From NCBI RefSeq assembly GCF_011745625.1, contig NW_027191458.1:558001-622000 (forward strand): DNA of 64,000 nt, in the 5' to 3' direction. The notes under the pieces are model-generated. The model was not told the origin of the DNA. It saw nothing but the letters and a program-made list of their open reading frames with translations, and made no database searches. A program made the translations under genes and the position numbers. Within the stretch, counting starts at the first letter, position 1; each line of letters starts with the position of its first letter. Positions 22,700 through 33,314 of this stretch are shown here, piece after piece. The DNA is from Cladosporium halotolerans. Its lineage: Eukaryota.

Positions 22700-23924
22700 C
22701 TACTCCAGCACAATATACTTATGCAACCTCTCCGGGATCGCGCCCAACAGCCCCTTCTCCACAAGCCACTTCCGGCTGAACAGCCTATCCGCATACCTAT
22801 ACGCGCCATCGCACAGAATCGTCACAACCGTCTTCCCAGGCCCAAGCTTAACCGCCAGATTCCTCGCTGCGGCGACATTCAGCGCGCTCGACGCGCCCAG
22901 GTACAGGCCCTCCTCGTCCAAGCACCGGTACACCATCTCGATGCTCTCCGCGTCCGGCACGTGCAGCGCGCCGTCCAGCAAGTCAATGTCCGGCTTCAGG
23001 TTGTCCGTCACGCGGCCCTGCCCGATGCCCTCCGTGATGGACCCGCCTTTGCGCTCTGTCAATTGCCCGCCGGACGAGATGTACGAGTACAGGACGGAGC
23101 CCGGCGGGTCGGCCAGCCAGCACTGCACGCGGCCGTCGCTGGCGTCTTTGAGGTAGCGCGTGACGCCCGCGATGGTGCCGGCCGTGCCGGAGGCGCAGGT
23201 GAAGGCGTCGAGCTGCCCGCCCGTCTGGTGCCAGATTTCGGGGCCGGTCGTCTCGATGTGCGCCTGGCGGTTGGCGACGTTGTCGAACTGGTTCGTCCAG
23301 ACGGCGTTGGTGAGGGACTCGGCGTGGCGGCGCGCCTGGTGGTTGTAGTTTTCCGGGTTGTCGAAGGCGACGGCGGGCACGGGGCGGACGTCGGCGCCGA
23401 GCAGGCGCAGGAGGTCGATCTTGCCCTGCGACTGCGTGTTGGGCATGTAGATCACGAGCTGGTAGCCTTTGCTGCGGCAGACGTGCGCGAGCCCGATGCC
23501 TGTGTTGCCGGCTGTCCCTTCGACGACGGTGCCGCCGGGTTGGAGGAGGCCGCGCTTCTCGGCGTCTTCGACTACGTAGAGGGCGGCGCGGTCTTTGACG
23601 GAGCCGCCGGGGTTTTGGAATTCGGCTTTGCCGAGGATTTCGCAGCCGGTTTGTTGCGAGAGGGTTTTGAGGCGGATGAGGGGGGTGTTGCCGATTGCTG
23701 GGAGGACGGGTTAGTGGGAGGATGTGGTTGATTTGGTGGAGGTAGGAAGGCTTACCTGACACGAAGCCATCCTGGGCAACGCGCTGTGCTTTCGAGATCT
23801 CAACGCCGTGAGGGTTCATGTTGTCGGAGACCGAGGACGATGTGGTGAGAGTTGAGGCGGAACGGAGGGCTCTGGGCGTGAAGGCAGGCTTTGAGGCCAC
23901 CCTCAGCGCATTGCGGGCGAACAT
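22700..23924 (-). CDS. cysB: Cysteine synthase (O-acetylserine sulfhydrylase, PLP-dependent) with mitochondrial presequence; intron 23698-23755
   Basis: [22 protein letters not shown] (PLP lysine), [35 protein letters not shown]. Confidence 0.92.
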
Positions 23925-24185
23925 TGAAGAGGAGGTGGAGGAGGGGGAGAGGTGAGGGGTTGCTGCAGGGTCGTGGCGTGCAGATGAACAGCTTCGATGG
24001 TCAAATGTTAATAATCGGCCAATAGTTGAGCCATCGCATCATCGTCCGAACTCGGCTTGCGGAAAAGGCAATCTTATCTGATCCAGATCTGCTCTCCGCA
24101 ATTCCATCTCCGCTCTATGCGGCCATCATCTTCAAGCATCGGTCACGACACCCTTCCCTTCCCTGGAAATACATCGCCCTTCAAC

Positions 24186-25331
24186 ATGGACCGCTCATCA
24201 CGACTGTTGGCTTCATTGCCCTCGGCTGCCTCTTCATTGAGCGCACGCCGCTCGTACCGCCTTACATCCATCTACGCTGCCAGCCCCTCGACCGCATACA
24301 CTTCGAGAACACAGTCAAGAAACATCCATAAATCCTCCGCCAACGCTGCTACTCCCCTCCCACATCCGACCGTCGCGGGCCCACCTCCCGAGCCTCCTCA
24401 GCAATCCGTCAGCGAATCGCAAGGCCGACTCAACCGAAAGCGCCAACAAGCCGACGCCTTCATCAAAGGCCAAAATGCCCGCCCGAACCCAGCAAAGCCT
24501 ACCACCGTCCTGCAGAAGCGTTTCTGGAAAGACGTGAAAGTCACCGAGACGCCCAAGGGCCTGCAAGTAATGCTCGACGCCCGACCGGTGCGCACAGCGT
24601 CGAAAGAATCCCTCGTCCTCCCACACTCGAAGCGCGCTCTCGCCTCCGCCATCGCGCTCGAATGGGACCAGCTCGTGTCAGCCCAGCAGGCGCTCAAGCA
24701 ACAATACATTCCCTTGACATCGACCACCTCGCGCGCTATCGACATCGCCGCCGCAGACGCCGCAGGCAACACCGACATCCGTGCCTCGATCGTTACAATG
24801 GCCATGCGCTACCTCGGAACAGACACCCTGCTGTGCTGGGCGCCGGAGAAGAACATCCACGAGCCGGCGAACGAGACCCGCAAGCCGCTCCGCCAGCGCC
24901 AGCGCGAAGTCGCCGAGCCCATCATCGCGTACCTCCGCACGCACGTCTTCCCCGGCGTCGACATCAACCCCATCCTTGCGCCAGACAGCATCGTGCCGAC
25001 GCCGCAGCCCCAGAACACTCGCGAGGTGATCCAGAGCTGGGTGCAGAGGTTGCCCGCTTTCGAGTTGGCGGGTCTGGAGCGTGGCATTCTGGCGACGAAA
25101 TCGCTGCTTGTGGCCGTGAGGTTGTTGGCGGAGTGGAGCAAGGAATTCCAGGGTGCGAACGTGGCGAAGAATGCTGGCCAGGAGAGGTTTGGCATTGAGG
25201 CAGCTACGGAGGCGGCGAGTCTGGAGGTCCTGCACCAGACTGAGCAGTGGGGTGAGGTTGAAGACACGCATGATGTTGACAACGCCGATATCAGGAGGCA
25301 GCTGGGCAGCGTCATCTTGCTTGTGAGCTAG
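24186..25331 (+). CDS. ATP12: Mitochondrial F1-ATPase assembly chaperone Atp12
   Basis: KRFWKDV, LDARPVRT, AIALEWD, KSLLVA and LEVLHQTEQWGEVEDTHDVD. Start may instead be at 24117. Confidence 0.92.
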   Translation: MDRSSRLLASLPSAASSLSARRSYRLTSIYAASPSTAYTSRTQSRNIHKSSANAATPLPHPTVAGPPPEPPQQSVSESQGRLNRKRQQADAFIKGQNARPNPAKPTTVLQKRFWKDVKVTETPKGLQVMLDARPVRTASKESLVLPHSKRALASAIALEWDQLVSAQQALKQQYIPLTSTTSRAIDIAAADAAGNTDIRASIVTMAMRYLGTDTLLCWAPEKNIHEPANETRKPLRQRQREVAEPIIAYLRTHVFPGVDINPILAPDSIVPTPQPQNTREVIQSWVQRLPAFELAGLERGILATKSLLVAVRLLAEWSKEFQGANVAKNAGQERFGIEAATEAASLEVLHQTEQWGEVEDTHDVDNADIRRQLGSVILLVS

Positions 25332-25462
25332 AGGCATGGAAGGTATTGACTGCATTTGTACGTTATTTTCCAGCAGATATCCTGGAGGAAATTGTAAATA
25401 TATACACTTGTATCTCAGAATTGCTCTGAGCATCCTCGTTCACTCCAGCTCCACCACCTTAC

Positions 25463-26371
25463 TCACAACTCCCCTCCCATCTCCTCAACCGCCTCCCTCA
25501 ACCTTCCCACCATCCCCTCCAGCTCCTCCATCCTCCCCTCAGGCCCCGGCAAAGTCGACACCGACCCCCCATACGCCTCCACAAACCCCTGCCTCCCACC
25601 ATCCACCTCCCCACCACTCCCAAAACAAACCGGCACCAACTTCGCATGCGCCCAATCAATCTCCATCCCCTCCAAAATCAACCCCACCCTCTCCGGCCGC
25701 AGCCCCGACCCCTCCAGAACCCTCATAACCTCCCAAACAGCCCCCATCATCCCCTCCAGATCCCCCGCCGGCAAACCCAGAACATCCGAGTCCAGGTGCG
25801 CCCGCGGCACGACAACCGTCTTGCCCGGACAGTTCCCGAACGGCGTCAGGAACGCGACGTGCGTGCTCGACTCCCAGACGCGCCACTGCGCTTCTTCGCC
25901 GCGGACGATGCGCGCGAAGAGATTGCCCTCCTTGTCCGCTGGCGCGGAGCACGTCGTGTCCATAGCCGGTTTCGCGTCTCCCGTTATCGAGTCCTGGACT
26001 TGTTGTAGAGAGGCATCGGAGATTCGGGGCCCGCTGCGCGACGAGACATACCCGGGATAGGTCTCGTGGAACTCTTTGATGGGGTCGAGCGCTGGTTTCC
26101 AGGTCTGCGAGAGGCCGTGCAGGGGGATGAGGTGGATTGTGCGGTCGGCGGTTGTGGCGAGGGCGATGCGGGGGGCGCGGGTGGTGCGTTTGAGGAGGGA
26201 GGCGAGGCGGGCGGTTGAGAGGAGGGTTTGTGTGAAGAGGGGTTTGGGGAGGGTGTGGAGGGGGGAGGGAAGGTGAAGGACGACTTCGGAGGGAGTTGAG
26301 GGGGTGGGGGAGAGGGTTGCTGTGTAGAGGGGGGAGGTGTGGAAGGTCAGGTGCTGAGGGATGGGGGACAT
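25463..26371 (-). CDS. HIT-fold protein with two tandem degenerate HIT-like halves
   Basis: NLFARIVRGE, VAFLTPF...PGKTVVVPRAH and LEGMEIDWAHAKLVP; internal similarity between halves. Confidence 0.75.
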   Translation of the reverse strand: MSPIPQHLTFHTSPLYTATLSPTPSTPSEVVLHLPSPLHTLPKPLFTQTLLSTARLASLLKRTTRAPRIALATTADRTIHLIPLHGLSQTWKPALDPIKEFHETYPGYVSSRSGPRISDASLQQVQDSITGDAKPAMDTTCSAPADKEGNLFARIVRGEEAQWRVWESSTHVAFLTPFGNCPGKTVVVPRAHLDSDVLGLPAGDLEGMMGAVWEVMRVLEGSGLRPERVGLILEGMEIDWAHAKLVPVCFGSGGEVDGGRQGFVEAYGGSVSTLPGPEGRMEELEGMVGRLREAVEEMGGEL

Positions 26372-27130
26372 TGTTCTTTGGTGGATGGTGTTTGTTTGGT
26401 TGGAAGTGAATGGGGTTATTGCCGGCGGGTTGATCGTGGCTTTGGTTGGTGGCTTCGTGGGGAGTGCGGTGGTCTCTTCTACGAAGGATTGGTTTAGAAT
26501 AGTATGACTGGGTTCGATGAGATGTTGAACGTTGCAGCTCTTGTACCAAAAGGAGATACAGGTGTCTTGCGAGATGTCTGTGATGGTGTGCCTGGTGAGA
26601 CCTTAATGTGTGATATGGGGCGAATCTATTTTGTAACAAAGAGGAGATTGCTTTCAAAGTGTGGATTCTGCTTGCATTGCATCCACTGGTAAAATCCCAA
26701 TCGATAAGATGTTGTATATGAGTCAATCGTCTATTTACGGGCCAATCGAGGTTTCGTGGGTAGTCTAGTTCGGCAGATGTGTCAATGATTGCTGTTCTGG
26801 TGAAATTTCATCTTTTCTCAAGCAAGCTGAATGATGAATCACCAATGGGTTCGAAAAGTCCAAAGCAAGCCACGAAATACGAGACGGCCGATGCGGGTGA
26901 GAATGCTACCACATGATAATTGGCACCAACCAACGATGGATCCGCTTACTGAGCTTTGCTACCATTTTCTGCAGGCGTCATACACCTGATACAATCCTCA
27001 AACTCGCCGCAAATTTGAAGAGTGAAGTGTGAAAGACAAGTTGATACCATAAGGTATTTACCAAAACACAAAAACTCGATTATCTCGACGAATAATGGTC
27101 GGATGAAGTTGTAGATAGGCGCAAAAGAAG

Positions 27131-27214
27131 GGGCTCAACCGCGAATCGAACGCGGGACCTCTTGCATTTCTGGAATGACCCAAAGCAAGAATTATACCAC
27201 TAAACCATTAAGCC
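27131..27214 (-). tRNA. tRNA-Pro(UGG) with 12-nt intron (27167-27178)
   Basis: Minus strand: acceptor GGCTTAA/TTGAGCC, D-loop AGTGGT, anticodon arm CTTGC-TTTGGG^T-GCAAG, T-arm CCGCG-TTCGATT-CGCGG, downstream TTTT. Confidence 0.93.
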
Positions 27215-27513
27215 CTCAGTCACACCTCACTGGCGAGATGATGTCACGCGCGACTAAATCTTATCTGTATATCATATATTTGATCCACTTGCAGGAGAAA
27301 GCCACGATGAGGACCATGAGGATTATCCAGGCAAACAGTGGAATCATTGAGGAAGGATTTTTACGCGTGAATCAAGTAGGCCGAAAGACCCCAAAGAGCT
27401 TGTGCCGCCACCGCCACGATCGCGGACGCATCGCAACACGAGACGAAGCCCTGCCTGCAATCACTCTAACACAGGCCGACCCCTCAACCTCAACACCTCG
27501 TCCCATCCAAACC

Positions 27514-28257
27514 TCACTCCTCCCCATACTTCTTAACCCCCACAACCTCCCCCCAATCCTTAACCATAACCGGCATACTCTCCAACCCCGCTGCCCGCCA
27601 CACATTCGCCTCCCCGCCCTCATCCCCCGTCCCCCCCAACACACAATCGAACCCGCACTTCCCATAAAACCCCTCCTGCCCGCGCACACTGATAACCGAG
27701 CACGAAACCCCCTCGCCCCTCGCCCTCTCCATCCCCCAGCTCACCAACTCGCGCCCGAACCCCCGTTTGCCGTAGGGAGGGTCAACGCCCAACAGCGATA
27801 AATGCCAGCTGTCCGCCCGCGAGCCGCTCCAGTGGTGCGCGAAGAACGGCACGCCCTGGGAGATGAGAGCGTCGTTCTGCGGACAAAGGGCGCGGTTGGG
27901 GTAGAAGTACTCCTCCGCTGCGTTGTACTTCTGCACTGCGAAGAGGGCCGCGCGCGAAGCCCAGCTGGGCTGGGGCGGGGCGCTGGTGTTGCGGATCCAG
28001 TGGGCGAGGCCCGTCACGGTCTCCTCTCTCTGTTCGGGATCAGATTGGCAAGGTTCTAGGTAGGTGACGACGAGGTGCTCGTTCGGGGTGTAGAGGGCTT
28101 CGCGCAGGAAGCGGAGCCAGTAGAGGTGGACGTCTTGCGGGTGGGCGTCGCGGTGGGGGTGCACGAAGGCGCCGAACATGGGGTCTGCGTGGAAGGCGGC
28201 GGCGAGGAGGTGGGAGGCGGGGAGGAGGTCGGGGTGGGTTAGTGGGCGGGTGGGCAT
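27514..28257 (-). CDS. GNAT family acyl-CoA N-acyltransferase
   Basis: WHLSLLGVDPPYGKRGFGRELVSWG (motif A) and GFYGKCGF. Start placed at MPTRPLT; the upstream ORF extension looks non-coding. Confidence 0.85.
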   Translation of the reverse strand: MPTRPLTHPDLLPASHLLAAAFHADPMFGAFVHPHRDAHPQDVHLYWLRFLREALYTPNEHLVVTYLEPCQSDPEQREETVTGLAHWIRNTSAPPQPSWASRAALFAVQKYNAAEEYFYPNRALCPQNDALISQGVPFFAHHWSGSRADSWHLSLLGVDPPYGKRGFGRELVSWGMERARGEGVSCSVISVRGQEGFYGKCGFDCVLGGTGDEGGEANVWRAAGLESMPVMVKDWGEVVGVKKYGEE

Positions 28258-28784
28258 TTTTTGGGAGGGTTTCACGAGTGGTTTAATGAATCTATGATCA
28301 AGGGTTTGGTTCCAGAAGGGCACGCCGTTGCATTTGAGGCTTTTGGGATGGCCATCGGCTAGAACGGCAGGGTTGCATTGAATAGCGATGAGGGCGGCGG
28401 TCGTTGAGAAGGAGTACGGTGTCAACTTCGAGCGTAGTGTGCTTGAGTCAGTTGGTCGTGTTCTGTAAGCGAGGTGGGACGGGACGTTCGTGCTGTTTGT
28501 CGCTCCATACTTCATTTCATATCAAGAACTCGTCTGGGTCGCAGGTGCAGCGAGCTCGTTACTTTGTAAGCCCTGTTGAGCCAAGGCCCCTGAAGCTCAA
28601 GTAGACTACAATTCCCACGAACCTCCCCAACGACGAGCCCAAGTCCATTCGCAACCTCAGTCTAGCAGGAAAAAGACATTAAGCGATTATCTAACTACCC
28701 TAACCCTACTCCCTTCCCAAACCCAAAACAAAAGAAAACCTCTCTTTACCCCCCCCCCAAAACTCCCCATTCCCACTCCACGCC

Positions 28785-31700
28785 CTAATACTCCGGCTCA
28801 TCCTCCCAAATCGGCACTTTCCTCAAACTCCCCTCGTCCTCATGCGGCCACTCGATCTTCCCCTTGTCGTTGAACCACGCTCCCTCATCCGTGATCGTCA
28901 ACAAATCCTTGCCCACGGCCGCCTGCGTCGCGCCGACCTCCTGCTTCGAAAGCCCGTACTGGTCGCGCGCGATCCAGACCATCGGGCACTCGGAGATGAG
29001 CGCCGGGTGCAGGTAGGCCTCGTCGTGCTCCTGCTGCGTGTAAGGGCGCGGCGGGGTGGAGAGGTTGCCGGCGACGGAGTGGACGTTTTCGAGGGCGGCG
29101 GAGGTCGGGGCGAAGAAGGCGCGGATGCGCTGGGAAATGGGTTTCTTGCCACTTTGGGGCAGGGGGGCGGATTCGACGGCGGGGAGGGAGTCGGGCTTCT
29201 CGTTGCCGTGGCCGTTTTTGAGAGCGGATTCGCTGGTGACGCTGTCGGACTGGGAGTTGCGGGGCGCGCTGCGGCCGCCGAGCCAGCCCTCTGCGGCGAT
29301 CTGGGACGGGAGCTCGGCGTCCATTTTGTTCACTTTGCGACCGAGCCAGATTTGCCAGAGGATGGTGGCGACGAGGAAGACGACCATGAGGACGAGAGGG
29401 CCGATGGATTGGTTGGTTGTGCCGACGCCGATGGCGAAGAGGCCGATGAGGCAGATCTCCGAGATGTAGATGCCGACGGTGAGCTGCTTGAGGGCGCGCT
29501 TGTAGGATTCGCCGCGGGTGGAGACGTTGGTGCCTACCGCGAAGAGGATGTTGTAGCGGAAGGCGAGGTAGAGGAGGGCGAAGCAGACGGTCGCGAAACC
29601 GAGGATCAGAGGCGCGATGGAAGAGTAGGCGAGGGCTGTGATAGTTAGTTTGATGTTGAGGTACATGGGTTGCGGTCAGGACTCACCAATCACACCCAAG
29701 TTGGTGAACTTCGGGTACAGAGCACCCCAACCAAGACCTCCAAGGTTGATGTAGCGGTTGTACATCTTCCTGGGCGTCTTGTCGAGCAGCTTTCCAAGGA
29801 TGATGAAGAGCAGCAGCGGGACGATGTTGAGCATCATCATGGCGGAGTTCATCAGACCAAACAGAATGAAGAAAGAAATGTAGAAGTTAGAGGCCTTGGG
29901 CAGGTTCTGAGCCAGCAGAGTCGGGGCCTGGGTCGGGTCGTTGATGATCTGGGTGACCACACTGGCGGCACCGGAAGCGAAGGTGGTGACGAGGAAGACC
30001 TGGATGACTTGGAACGGGAAGTACCAGCCCTGGACCTTCATCTGGACGCGGCCCTGCGTGGGCTCGAAGAGGCTGGCCAGGATGTTCATGATGATCGGCA
30101 CAAGGGCCATGAGAACCGCGAGCAGGCTGTGAAGCATCAGCACAGATCCAGTCTGGAATCCAGAATGTGGCAACTTACATGACAGGAAGCAGACCAGTGA
30201 CAACACCAAGAATCACGTCGGGGATATCGTTAATGAAGCTGAGGAACGGCACCTTGTCGGTGAGGTACTAGTGAAGAGCGTCAGTACCCGAAACCCCACG
30301 TAGACGGCTTTTTGGAGAAGAAAGCCACATACGTTAATGTTGCTGATAGCACCAATAACCGCGACCGGGATCGTCCAGAAAATACACAAGAACCAGACGA
30401 AAGCCGTGCAAAGCGCGCTCATGATCTTGACCTGCGCCGATTTCTTCGTCGTGTTCTTCCAGAGCTGCAAAAGAAAAGCACCACATTAGCAAATCCGTTC
30501 CACAACACCACCAAAATAACACCCAAATATACTCACCACATTGTCCGGGTGCATGCCCAGCTCCTCCGGCCTGATCTTCGACTTCTTCTTCTCCTTCGAG
30601 CTGCGCAGCGCCGCCTCCGCAGCCTCCACAGTCGCGAACTCGATGAAACACGCGCCCTTGGCCTCGCCCGCGCCACCGCGCTGCTCGTGCTGCTCGTTGG
30701 CCACCTCGGGGATGAGCCTCTTGAGCTCGCCGCGCGACCAGTCGAGCGTGTCGACCTTCTTGCCGAAGGGCAGGAACTTTAGGACCGGCAGGCGGTGCTT
30801 GGGGCGCTCCTTGTCGGTGAGCTCGATGGCGCTCGCCGGCGCGGCGCCGTTCAGCCGCGCGCGGCTCTCCTGCCCCTTCTTCTCTTTCTTCAGCTGCGCC
30901 TTGACGTACCCCTGGATCATCTTGACCTCGCCCGTCTCGAGCTTGGCGGCCGCCTTGTCGCGCTCGGAGACCTTGTCCGCCAGGTCGTCGGGCACGGTGA
31001 CGAGCCAGACGTGCTTGGCGCCGGCGAACTCGGCGCGCAGGAACTGCTCGTTGCGCGCGTCCTCGGGCAGGTTGGAGAAGAGGACGGTGCGGGTGGAGAC
31101 CCGGGCGGCGTTGTAGGGCGCCTGGTAGAAGCGGTGGCGCAGGTGGGTCACATAGATGGTCTCGCGGGTGATCATGAAGACGACCCAGCCGAGAAAGACC
31201 CAGGCGACGAGGGCCTGGGCGTAGTAGCGTGGGCCCGGCTGGACGTTGCTGAAGCTGAGGATGTCGAGGCCGGACTGGCCGCCGCCGGCGGTGGCGTTGA
31301 CGGGGAACAGGATGGGCCAGGTGACGATGCAGCCGACGAGGCACATCAGCGTGAGCATCTTGAAGAAGCGCAGCCAGAGGTAGTTGTCGATGGAGGAGTG
31401 GCCGAGGATGAACTCGTCCTTGAGCGCGTTGTACTCATTGCGCCATCCCAGGACGCCAGCGGACTGCTTCGGGGAGCGCTGCGATCCGCGCAGAGACTCG
31501 ATGTAGGTGCGCGGTTGGTAGATGCGCTGGAAGCGGCGCGAGAGGATGAGGAAGCCCGTGAAGGCTATTACAGCGATGATGAGGGTTGGAATGAGCGTGG
31601 AGACCAGGCCGGAGATGGAGCTGCTGCCTCCTCCCTGGTTTTCGCCAGCCTGCGACTTGTCAGCTCCGTGTTGCTTATCACAGCATCATCATCATCATCA

Positions 31701-31787
31701 TCATCATCCTCAGTCGCAAAGCGCAAACACCGCGGTGCCACTCACATTCTGACGCCTCACGAGCTCGTGAACATGATTGCCACCCAT
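28785..31787 (-). CDS. CSC1/OSCA/TMEM63 (DUF221, Rsn1/Phm7-like) calcium-permeable stress-gated channel; 5 introns
   Basis: RIYQPRTY, IDNYLWLRFF, ILFPVNATAGG, WTIPVAVIG, YFPFQVIQVFLVTT, LAQNLPKASNFYIS, YSSIAPLILGF. Exon 1 MGGNHVHELVRRQN inferred. Confidence 0.92.
31684..31707. repeat. (CAT)8 microsatellite inside intron 1 of the CSC1-family gene
   Basis: Perfect trinucleotide run between the inferred GTGAGT donor and CTGAC branch site. Confidence 0.85.
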
Positions 31788-33314
31788 TGCGCCTATGTCG
31801 CCCATTGTCGAGCGATCCTAGAAGCAACGTTGATAAGAGAGATCCAAGAACATAAACAGCAGAGGACGCGCGCCAGCGCACCGGCAGCAGATATAACCAG
31901 GCGCACCACGCCATTTCCACAGACTTTGGGTCGCAGTCCAGAGCTCGAGCAAGGAGCGTCATCGCACAACGCGCGCCGCGGCTGCGATTGGCCGCCCGCG
32001 GGCAGCGTTTGCGCGCCCTGCTAGCACGAGACAGTCGCCCGTTGCGTTGCCGTGTCGGCCAGGCACCGCGGGAAACAACTGGTTTCACTCGCTCTCTACC
32101 CTGCTGTCCTTCCAAATCAATTCAGCCCAGCAGAGCAAACGGCGCACTACCGAGCGCGTCCCACTACCTCGAACCACCCTCCAGCGATCGCGACCGGGCA
32201 AGGATCCATCCCTCCCTCCCTCCCTCCCGAGCTCGCCATCCACGGCCCAGCAGATCTGCTGTTCGTCGATCGCAATGCCCAGCGGGGCCCTTCAAGCTTG
32301 GCCCGCCTCTCCCCAGGCCGAAAAGCCAAAGCGCATGTGGAGTGATGGGCGCGCACAGCAGCAAGAGTCTGTGAGACCCGAATGCAGGTTTTCTGGTCGG
32401 CGCTAGGGGAACTCAATCGGCGCCCGTCCAACACACGTAATGCGGGTGGCCGCACCCAGAGGCTGGCTGAGGATTGCAATTTCATGTGACTGCTGCGTCA
32501 GGCTACCTGTAGGGATCAGGCGTTCTGGGAAATTGTGGCCGTGCAGGTCTTGTAGGGCGCCTGACGGTTTGGACCGATTTCCGATTGTCGACTTCCAAGC
32601 TCGCTCGGCCGGACGTCTGAGGCTGATGGGGCGTACTGTACTGTATGGGCTTCTTATCGTTCGTGAAGAAGGTGGCCTGTCTCGATGGAAAGCAACGAGT
32701 CAACAATGTGCTACGCTTTCCGTCATACTATTTGCCATACCTGAGTCCTCTCTGTATCCAGAATGCCTCATAGATTGACTACACGCGGATAAGTATACGT
32801 AGCAAGCAAACCCAGCCAGCAAAGCCCACACACACAGCCTTTCGGACGGGACGAGAAGGGCTGTCTGTCGGTGGCTGAACGACGTCCGAACCGCCTCGCT
32901 TCGGCCTCGCCGAGCCGCAGGCATGCAACACGTCAATCAGGCGGCCTACTGCAACGGAGCCGTCTCCAGCACGCTGCTGCACACGGCACGGATTAATGGC
33001 AGAACAAGGCACGTCAGGCTGTCAAGAAAAAATTCTCACATTTACATTGCAGGATTTCTAGGAATAACTCCACTTCCAACGTCGTGCCTAGGTAGTCAAA
33101 TACAAATGGTGCGGTAAAGACAACGCAGCCACCCAGAAAAAATCAAAAACGTGAAATTTCCGCCACTCCAATCAATGTGAGGCGCCCGAGAAATGCGGAA
33201 GAGACCGACCGGCCGGGATTTTGGAAATGCAGCAGAAATGGAGCCGTGCTCGTGGTATCATAGAAGAGAGGTAAAGAAAAAAAAGGAGGTAGTGGCAGGT
33301 GAAGCGCTCGGTGC

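Noticed and set aside
22694..23731. Long antisense ORFs (also 28842-29648, 30795-32024, 43430-44662, 57609-58343)
   Set aside because: Shadow frames expected opposite high-GC3 genes; no independent motifs.
26831..26952. Possible C/D snoRNA (ATGATGA...CTGA)
   Set aside because: Only about 8 nt of apparent rRNA complementarity and no terminal stem; compatible with chance.
26400..27500. tRNA-associated mobile element insertion
   Set aside because: Flanks are AT-richer but show no LTR, target-site duplication or transposon coding remnant.
18254..28257. Secondary-metabolite cluster around the Zn2Cys6 factor
   Set aside because: No PKS, NRPS or terpene backbone gene or transporter; neighbours are housekeeping genes.
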